A stretch of 64,000 nucleotides of DNA. Source: Armatimonadota bacterium (GTDB lineage Bacteria; Armatimonadota; SYMT01). The notes beneath the pieces were generated by a model, which saw only the letters and a list, made by a program, of their open reading frames with translations, had not been told where the DNA came from and did no database searches. The DNA is taken from contig JAWLHY010000006.1 of the NCBI GenBank assembly GCA_041690135.1, positions 375,778 to 439,777 on the forward strand. The letters are read 5' to 3'. Below are positions 57,076 to 64,000 of this stretch, one piece after another. The number at the start of each line of letters is the position of its first letter. Position 1 is the stretch's first letter. The position numbers and the translations under genes were made by a program.

Positions 57076-60000
57076 ATGACCGAGACAACTGTTCCTGGCT
57101 ACGATATCGTCTCGGTCCTTGGCCGTGGGGATACGGCCATCGTCTATAACGCGGTTTTCACCTCGGCACAGCAGCAGGTGGCTCTCAAGGTTCTCGATCC
57201 GCGCCTCGCCAGCGATCCCGAATTCGTCCACCGGCTCCGACAGGAAGTGCGCGCCGCGGCGGCACTCCGCCACCCCAACATAGCTCGCGTCTTTGCCTGC
57301 GGCGGCCAGGGCACCTGCTGCTTCATTGCCCAGGAATTGATCCAGGGAGAGACTCTCGCCCATCTCCTGCGACGCGGCCCCATGCCGCCCGGCCTGGCGG
57401 CGGAGATCGGCCGCCAGTTGGGGGACGCGCTGGAATATGCCCATTCCCGGGGCGTGGTTCATCGTGACCTCAAGCCCAGCAATATCCTCGTAGGCCGGGA
57501 TGGGCGCGTCTGCGTCGTCGACTTCGGCATGGCCCGCGTCAATCGCCTCGCCGCGTTGACCGTCCCGCGGGTTTCTTATAGTCGCGCGCCGTATATGTCG
57601 CCGGAACAGTGTCACGGCGCCACGCTGGATCATCGGGCCGACATCTACTCGTTGGGGGTGCTTCTCTTCGAGATGTTGGCGGGCCGACGCCCCTTTGATG
57701 GCCCGGATCCGATGGCGATCTATTTCCAGCACATGAACGAGGCGCCGCCCCGCCTTTCCCAGTTCCGCCCCGGAATGGGAAAGGCGCTCCAGAAGATCCT
57801 GGAACGGGCTCTGGAGAAGGATCCGGACCGCCGCTTTCAGCAAGCTGGTTTGCTGGTCGCTGACTTCTCCCACGCGTGTCTGGAACTTGAACAGGGCCGG
57901 GAGAAGAAACGCGGCCGCCCCGGGTTGCCCTCCGGCGCACCCGTCTTGCCCCGCAAGGACCGCCCACTGGACAACGGCAAGCAGGGGAAAAGAGCATTGC
58001 CGGATGCGGCTTCCGTCGTAGAGCCGCTCACCCTGGGTGCCCAGAACCTTGCCGAGAAGGGGAAAAAGGTTCCACAGGTCGTGGGAACAGTGGCCGGTGC
58101 AGTGGCCACCGGCGCGGCAGCGGGTAGCGGTGCGGCGGTAGCAGCCGTCGGCAAGGGTTTGCGCGACACTTCCGCCGCAGCCGGGCGCGGCCTCGCGGCG
58201 GGCGCGGGCGCCGGGCGCGCGGGTCTGGGTCAATGCCTCCGGCTGTTGACCCGCCTCCAGGGGGCACTCGCGGAGGGCGTCAGCCGCACGGGAAAGACCT
58301 CACAAGCTTCTCTCCAGTTGGCCGCACGCACGCTCGCCCGGCTGGGCACCGCCTTCGCATCGGCCGGCCGCGCGTTCAGGGCTGGGGTGGGGACACTGCT
58401 CCGATCGCTCGGTGCCGCGTGCGCAACTCTCGCCACCCGCCTCGTACGCTTGATCCATGCGATGAGCACGGGGACCGTCGCCGGACTGCGGAACGCCTTC
58501 CGGGCGGTACTGGGAGGTCTCCGTACTCTGGGAATCGCAGTGGGAAACGGCCTCCGCGCTTCCACACGCACCGCCGCGCGTACCAGTAAGACGGTGGCCG
58601 GGTCGACAGCTACCGCCTCGAAAGTGGTCCTTGAAAAGGCTGTGGAGGGGACCCAGGTGGTCGCCGAGTCCGCCACGGCGGCTACCCGCACCGCCGTCAG
58701 TACCGCCACCGTCGTCGGTCGTGCTGCCGCCGAAAAGGCGGCGGCCGGCGGTAAGGCCGTGGTTGAAACGGCGGCCAACGGGACCCGGGTCGTGGCGGAC
58801 ACCGCAGCCAGCACGGCGCGCGTCGCCGCGAAAGGAGCCGTCAACGGGGGGAAGGTAGCGGCCCACACCGCGGCGGCAGGAAAGTCCGGCCTTCGACGTC
58901 TCCTCGTGCTGGTGTTGGGCGGGCTGGCCCGAAGCCTCTCCGCGGTGACCGCCGGCATTGCGGCCCTGGCGGCCGGTGTGAGCGGCGGCATCGCCTCCGG
59001 CCTGACCGCCGCCAAACGGACCTTGAGCGCCCTGGTCCAGGCACTGCAGGCCCACGCCGCGCAGCGCGCCGAACAGCGAAAGGCCGCTGCCCAGGCGCGG
59101 ACCGAAGCGCGCGAACTCGCCCGGCAAGAGGCCGAGGCGCGGGCGGCGCAACGCGCAGCGGAGATCGCCGCCCGGAAGGCCGCGGCGGAACAGGCCCGCG
59201 CCGAAGCCGAAGAGCGGGCACGGCTGGAGGCGGAGGCCCGTAAGGAACGCGAGGCGGCCCGTTTAGCCGCGGCAGCGGCGGCGCAGGAGGCCGAACGGGA
59301 ACGAGCACGACTGGCTCGAGAAGCGGCGGAAGAGCGGCGCCGGCAGGAGTTGGAGGAACGGCGGCAACGGGAAGCAGAACTGGCCGCCCAGAAGGCCGCC
59401 GCCCTGGAACAGGCTCGCCGGGAAGCAGAAGAGCGCAAAGCCCGGGAAGCAGAAGAACGCAGAGCCCGGGAAGCAGAACGACGCGAGGCGGAGCGGCTGG
59501 AGGCAGCCCGGCAAGCGGAATTGGCCGCTGCGCGAGAGGCCGAACGCGCCCGAGCCGAGGCGGAGTTGGCAGCCCGAAAGGCAGCCGAGGAGGCCGCGCG
59601 ACTGGCGGCACTCGCTGCCGCGCGGGAAGCCGAGCGGGAGCGGGCCCGCCTCGAAGCGGAACGCGAGCGAGCTCGCCTCGAAGCCGAGCAGGAACGATTA
59701 CGCCTGGAAGCCGAGCGAGAACGGGTACGACGGGAAGCCGAACGGCTGGCCGCCGAGCAGGAGCGAGCTCGTAGAGAGGCGGAGCGCCTGGCCGCAGAAA
59801 AGGAACAGGCGCGACTGGAGGCCAAGCGGCTGGCCGCGCAGAAGGAACAGGCGCGACTAGAGGCCGAGCGACTGGCCGCAGAGCGGCTGGCGGCAGAACA
59901 GGAACGCGCTCGCCTCGAAGCGGAGAGACAGGCGGCGGAGGAAGCCGCGCGCCTGGCGGCGGCGGCCGCTGCCGCGGAGGAAGCCGCGCGGCAGCGAGCC

Positions 60001-61143
60001 CGTGAAGAGGCCGCACGCCTGGCGGCGCTGGAGGCAGAACGAGAAGCCGCACGAAAGGCCGAAGCCGAGCGGGAGCGACGGGAAGCCGAAGAACGCCAGA
60101 GGCGTGAAGCGGCCCTGGCCGCCGCCCGTGAGGCGGAGCGAGCCCGTGCCGAGGCCGAGGCCCGCCGAGCGCACGAGGCAGAGGAGCAGCGAAAGCGCGA
60201 AGCCGAGTTGGCCGCGCAAAAGGCCGCGGCCGCGGAGCAGGCCCGCCGGGAAGCGGAAGAGCGCAAAGCGAAGGAAGCCGCGCGTCTGGCGGAACAGGCA
60301 GCCCAGAAGGCCGCCGCAAAGGAGAAGGCGCGCGCCGAAGCAGAGGCTCGCAAGGCCCGCAAGGCACAAAAGGCGGCGAAACCCCTTCGGCCCGAAACGG
60401 CGGCCGCTCATAGTGAAGAAGTCGAACGACGCGAGGCGAAACTGGCCGCGCAGCGGGCGGAAGAACGCCGGCGAACCGAGGCCCAGCGCGATGCGCGGCG
60501 AACGACGCGCACCCGGCCCACCAATCGCCCGGGCACGCCGCTCGTGGGAGCAGGTCTGGCATTGGTGACCGTCGTGATCGCCCTGGTCATTGGAAACCGA
60601 GCCGTGCTAGGCCCACAGTCCGAAGCTCCCACTCCCACCCGGATGGCCCAGGGAAAACCGAACCCCACCGGAACGCAGCCGGGCGCCGGGAGCTCTACCA
60701 GTCGGCCGGGAGCCGGAACGGATAAAACCTCCACAGGCGACCAGCCGTCCGGAACCAACCAGGGAGCTCCGGCAGCTAAGGCGAACACCAGGGCGGGGCA
60801 GCAAGTGGCTGGCCTGACGCTGGAAAAGCGTTTTAAGAATTACCTGAAAGAATTCGAACGGTATCACGAGGTCCGTCTCAAGCTCCCACGCCCGGAGAAG
60901 GAACGGCGCCTGGCCACGCTGCGGGAAGAGCTGGACCGCCTTTTTGCCGACTACGGAGCGAGCGCCTCGCAAGAGGTCGAGTTCGGCTCCGAGATCGTCC
61001 GGGAGTTGGGCACGCTGGAGTGGTTCCGTGCGAACCCCGACGAGGCGCGCAATTTCTGGAACCAGGCCCTGGCAATGGATCCACAGAACACGCTGGCTTC
61101 GGACTGGCTGCGTGAGACGCAAGGAGCAGTGCTAAACGAATGA
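57076..61143 (+). CDS. Hanks-type Ser/Thr protein kinase with long Ala/Glu/Arg helical region, TM and C-terminal TPR-like domain
   Basis: [33 protein letters not shown]; EAERARL repeats; [20 protein letters not shown]. Confidence 0.9.
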   Translation: MTETTVPGYDIVSVLGRGDTAIVYNAVFTSAQQQVALKVLDPRLASDPEFVHRLRQEVRAAAALRHPNIARVFACGGQGTCCFIAQELIQGETLAHLLRRGPMPPGLAAEIGRQLGDALEYAHSRGVVHRDLKPSNILVGRDGRVCVVDFGMARVNRLAALTVPRVSYSRAPYMSPEQCHGATLDHRADIYSLGVLLFEMLAGRRPFDGPDPMAIYFQHMNEAPPRLSQFRPGMGKALQKILERALEKDPDRRFQQAGLLVADFSHACLELEQGREKKRGRPGLPSGAPVLPRKDRPLDNGKQGKRALPDAASVVEPLTLGAQNLAEKGKKVPQVVGTVAGAVATGAAAGSGAAVAAVGKGLRDTSAAAGRGLAAGAGAGRAGLGQCLRLLTRLQGALAEGVSRTGKTSQASLQLAARTLARLGTAFASAGRAFRAGVGTLLRSLGAACATLATRLVRLIHAMSTGTVAGLRNAFRAVLGGLRTLGIAVGNGLRASTRTAARTSKTVAGSTATASKVVLEKAVEGTQVVAESATAATRTAVSTATVVGRAAAEKAAAGGKAVVETAANGTRVVADTAASTARVAAKGAVNGGKVAAHTAAAGKSGLRRLLVLVLGGLARSLSAVTAGIAALAAGVSGGIASGLTAAKRTLSALVQALQAHAAQRAEQRKAAAQARTEARELARQEAEARAAQRAAEIAARKAAAEQARAEAEERARLEAEARKEREAARLAAAAAAQEAERERARLAREAAEERRRQELEERRQREAELAAQKAAALEQARREAEERKAREAEERRAREAERREAERLEAARQAELAAAREAERARAEAELAARKAAEEAARLAALAAAREAERERARLEAERERARLEAEQERLRLEAERERVRREAERLAAEQERARREAERLAAEKEQARLEAKRLAAQKEQARLEAERLAAERLAAEQERARLEAERQAAEEAARLAAAAAAAEEAARQRAREEAARLAALEAEREAARKAEAERERREAEERQRREAALAAAREAERARAEAEARRAHEAEEQRKREAELAAQKAAAAEQARREAEERKAKEAARLAEQAAQKAAAKEKARAEAEARKARKAQKAAKPLRPETAAAHSEEVERREAKLAAQRAEERRRTEAQRDARRTTRTRPTNRPGTPLVGAGLALVTVVIALVIGNRAVLGPQSEAPTPTRMAQGKPNPTGTQPGAGSSTSRPGAGTDKTSTGDQPSGTNQGAPAAKANTRAGQQVAGLTLEKRFKNYLKEFERYHEVRLKLPRPEKERRLATLREELDRLFADYGASASQEVEFGSEIVRELGTLEWFRANPDEARNFWNQALAMDPQNTLASDWLRETQGAVLNE

Positions 61144-63632
61144 CTCGCCGACTTCAGCAAGCAGTATGTGCGGGAATGCTGCCGGGCATTCTTCTCTGCC
61201 AGCCCGCGGTCGCCCAGGTGCGCCCGTCCGGCTCGAACGTAAAGCCGATCCGGCCGAACTCGAAGAACGTGCGCAAGCCGGGCGCCACAAATAACCCTGG
61301 CCCGGCCAGCGCCAAGCCGCGCGTTATCATCCGCGAGAAAACGCGCGTGATCTATGTGCCGAAGGCGGTGCCGCCTCCCCCGCCGGACCCGCGCCTCGTG
61401 GCGGCACGGCGCTGGCAGGAAAGCGAGCTCAAAGCCCTGCAGGGCGCACGCACGATCCTGGAGCTACTCCAGGCCCCGCGGATCGATAAAGTCGCCTACC
61501 CCGTCGAGCCGCCGCTGCCGCCGCAGCCCGAACCGGAAATCATTCAGCGGCAGCGGGCCACGCTGTTGCTGACCCGCGACGACGGCGCGCCGTTCGACGC
61601 CAAGCGCGTGCGAATCCAGGCCCCTGGCTTTCAGGTGCGCGCGCAGGCCAGCGTGATCGAACTGGAAGGCCCGGCTGCCTCCGCCGCGATGCCGGTGGTC
61701 CTGGGCCTTCCGGACGACTACTCCATGGTGAACGCCGCGGACGGGCGAATCTCGCTGAGTGCCAACTCCGGACAGGAAACTCGCACGCAGTTGGAGCCGA
61801 AGCCCGCCCCTCCGGCCCCGCAGTTCCCCACCGCGCCGCTCCTGTTCACCTCGGATGCGGAGCGCGCCGCACTTCAAGCCAAGATCCTGCGGCTGAAACG
61901 GCCGCCCACCAAACCAGGCAAGGCGCCGCTGTACGCTACCCCGGCCGCAATGACTTCACTGGCGCTGCGCCGGGTCCTCGAAGGACGGCGGTTCCTGGAA
62001 CCGGTGGTTCCGATCGCGGCGACCGCCGCCCCGGAGACCCGCCGGACCGCGTGGGGAAGCCTGGAGGAAGCGATTCGCCTCCTGACGGAATCGGAAGCTG
62101 CCATCAACCAGGCCCAGCGGACCCTGGACCGGCTCGCCGCCGATAAGCGTCCCTACGCGGCGCTCAAGGAGGAGTATCGCCTGCCGGCCGACGACATCCG
62201 CGAGTTGTTGAAGACAGCCCGCATCCGCCGCCTGCAGTACATCGCGGAAGCGCAGTGGTGGCGCGCCCTGTGCGAGAATCCGGGGCAGCCGGATCGCGAG
62301 CCGGCTGCTGCTACGCTCCGCACCGCGCTCGCCCTGGATTCTCGCTCGCCCGAAACCACGGCCCAATTGTCCCGGTACGAAGAAGTGGCGGAACGCGAGA
62401 GCGAACTCCGAGCCCGGATCCGGGCCGGCGCCTTCAATCCGCGGCCCACGCCTCGCGTCCAGGTCACCCGCCACCTGACCCGGACGATTGTCGTCCGGCG
62501 GAACGTGGTCGATCTCCGCATGGCGGAAAATGAACTTCGCCCCGGCGACGTGGTTACGGTCGGCGGCGATCCCAAAAAGGCAATCGCTTTCAAGCTGGAG
62601 GGGGGCCACTGGCGAGCTCGGGTTCCCCGAGACCTGGTTAAAACCGGACAGTTACTGCGGGTGAGCCGCCAGAGTGCCCAGTCCGACCTGGAAGGTGAGG
62701 CCACCGCGGGCACCCTCGATCCGTACAACCTGGACGGAAACGAAGTCAGCCGCACCCCGTTCCGCCTGGCCACATTGCGAGCCTACACGCTGGCTTCAAG
62801 CACTCCGGAAGAGCGAGTAGCGGTGCTGGAGGAACTCGCGCCGGCCGATCGGGAGGAAGCAAAGCTGCGTGATGCCCGGAAGCGCGGCAGTCGCGACGTG
62901 CGCCCTTCCGAAGATGGTAGCTGGTGGATCTCCGCCGGCACGGGTGAGTTGCTGCTCCGACTCCGCCCCTCTCCCTATCCCATGACCGGACCCGGCGGAG
63001 ACGCCCGACCTCGCGGGGGCTCGCTGGAGAAGAGCGTTACCGGCTTCTTCCGGAAAATCACCGGGCGCGCCGACCGGAACCGGAGCCTTACGGGCCGGGT
63101 GATTGTGGATACGGCACGGCTCACCGGCCCGAACGACGGCCATGTCGCCGGGGTGAAGGTGGGGTCCACGGCGCAGCAAGTGGAGGATTCGCTGGGGGGA
63201 CGGGTACCCCGGAACGGCGTGATCACCTACGCCAACGGCGCGGTGGAAGTCGGCATGCGGGCCGGCCTCGTCGAATATCTCGAAGTGCGCCGCGACCTGG
63301 AGGAGTTGCTCGGCAAGCCCGTACCCGCAAGCGTGCCCGGCACCGTCACGGAGATCCGGCATGATGCCAACCGGCTCCGTGCCCGCACCGGCCCCGACTT
63401 CCCGGCCCAGCCCGGTACCGAGTTCGAGGTGCTGGTAGCCGGGCAGCCGCTCGCCGGCCGGGAAGAAGAGACTTATCGCGCCATCGTGCTCGACGCCGCG
63501 GGTGGTGAGATCGTCTGCAAACTGGTACGCAAGCTCAAGAACGGCACGGTGGCGGGAGACGCGGAATGGGACGTGCTCCGCTCGCTCCCCACGGGAGATA
63601 GCGGCGTAGTCCAACTGCGGCGTCCACTCTAA
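61140..63632 (+). CDS. Large secreted hypothetical protein (830 aa)
   Basis: Signal peptide ending AVA-Q, ATGA overlap with the kinase, terminator downstream. Confidence 0.75.
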   Translation: MTRRLQQAVCAGMLPGILLCQPAVAQVRPSGSNVKPIRPNSKNVRKPGATNNPGPASAKPRVIIREKTRVIYVPKAVPPPPPDPRLVAARRWQESELKALQGARTILELLQAPRIDKVAYPVEPPLPPQPEPEIIQRQRATLLLTRDDGAPFDAKRVRIQAPGFQVRAQASVIELEGPAASAAMPVVLGLPDDYSMVNAADGRISLSANSGQETRTQLEPKPAPPAPQFPTAPLLFTSDAERAALQAKILRLKRPPTKPGKAPLYATPAAMTSLALRRVLEGRRFLEPVVPIAATAAPETRRTAWGSLEEAIRLLTESEAAINQAQRTLDRLAADKRPYAALKEEYRLPADDIRELLKTARIRRLQYIAEAQWWRALCENPGQPDREPAAATLRTALALDSRSPETTAQLSRYEEVAERESELRARIRAGAFNPRPTPRVQVTRHLTRTIVVRRNVVDLRMAENELRPGDVVTVGGDPKKAIAFKLEGGHWRARVPRDLVKTGQLLRVSRQSAQSDLEGEATAGTLDPYNLDGNEVSRTPFRLATLRAYTLASSTPEERVAVLEELAPADREEAKLRDARKRGSRDVRPSEDGSWWISAGTGELLLRLRPSPYPMTGPGGDARPRGGSLEKSVTGFFRKITGRADRNRSLTGRVIVDTARLTGPNDGHVAGVKVGSTAQQVEDSLGGRVPRNGVITYANGAVEVGMRAGLVEYLEVRRDLEELLGKPVPASVPGTVTEIRHDANRLRARTGPDFPAQPGTEFEVLVAGQPLAGREEETYRAIVLDAAGGEIVCKLVRKLKNGTVAGDAEWDVLRSLPTGDSGVVQLRRPL

Positions 63633-63670
63633 CCGGCCACCGCCTCCAGCGGGCTGACCCCCGTGGATCC

Positions 63671-63714
63671 AAGGAGAAGGAATCCGTCGCCGGCGGGTTC
63701 CTTCTCCCTTTTTC
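63671..63714 (+). terminator. Rho-independent terminator
   Basis: ggagaaggaatccg...cgggttccttctcc followed by ctttttc. Confidence 0.75.
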
Positions 63715-63884
63715 TGACCCCGGTCCCCCGGAAAAAAAATTTTCTCGTCACATCTCACAACCCGTGAGGGGCTATGGAATAACCCCCTCGGTGGACTGGT
63801 GAGGATCCAGTCTACCGGTTACACGCAAAATCGGAACACACCCAGCCCGGACCCCACCGGCCTCCCTACGAAAGGAATTCCACG

Positions 63885-64000
63885 ATGATGTCCCGTCTCA
63901 GCCGCAAGAACCGCCACGGCTTCACGCTCGTGGAAATCATGATCGTGGTGCTGATCATCGGCATCCTGCTCGCCATCGCCGTCCCGAACTTCATCAAAGC
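63885..64000 (+). CDS. Type IV pilin-like protein, 3' truncated by window edge
   Basis: SD AAAGGA; MMSRLSRKNRHG/FTLVEIMIVVLIIGILLAIAVPNF class III signal peptide (not in the ORF track). Confidence 0.88.
   Translation, partial: MMSRLSRKNRHGFTLVEIMIVVLIIGILLAIAVPNFIK

Noticed and set aside
56677-57149. Small ORFs between the repeat protein and the kinase (86-aa + strand ORF; a minus-strand CxxC...CxxxxC reading)
   Set aside because: The + ORF overlaps the kinase and has no recognisable motif; the Cys-containing frame has no suitable start codon

Overview
High-GC bacterial chromosomal window, most likely Armatimonadota (inference from the ClpC N-terminus, a DUF1559/H-X9-DG prepilin-like gene and CRTAC1+TPR pairs). 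It holds about 50 CDSs. Housekeeping genes include queG, nadK, recN, radA, clpC, ilvE, nfuA, thiL, trpF, tgt and a Nudix-ThiE fusion. Less ordinary blocks: (1) a SWIM/DUF5691/MoxR-AAA/DUF5682/VWA operon; (2) an apparently leaderless queG-aminotransferase-luxE-luxC operon without luxAB; (3) nadK-recN-steA-steB-GT2-GT4; (4) a 10-kb surface cluster (lipoprotein, DUF1559 pilin, two TPR proteins, three CRTAC1/ASPIC-UnbV lipoproteins); (5) a RAYT tyrosine transposase flanked on both sides by tandem 214-215 bp BIME-like arrays of alternating GTAG REPs; (6) a 1355-aa Ser/Thr kinase with a long helical rod. Sequence-level oddities: strong evidence for a CTG start codon in tgt and probably thiL, a candidate ~230-nt promoter/terminator-bracketed RNA at ~24.0-24.25 kb, a perfect 30-bp heptamer palindrome in frame inside the DUF5682 gene, and several families of short 6/7-mer and REP-like intergenic repeats. 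No rRNA, tRNA or CRISPR array was recognised. All family assignments are from motif recognition by eye, not database searches.
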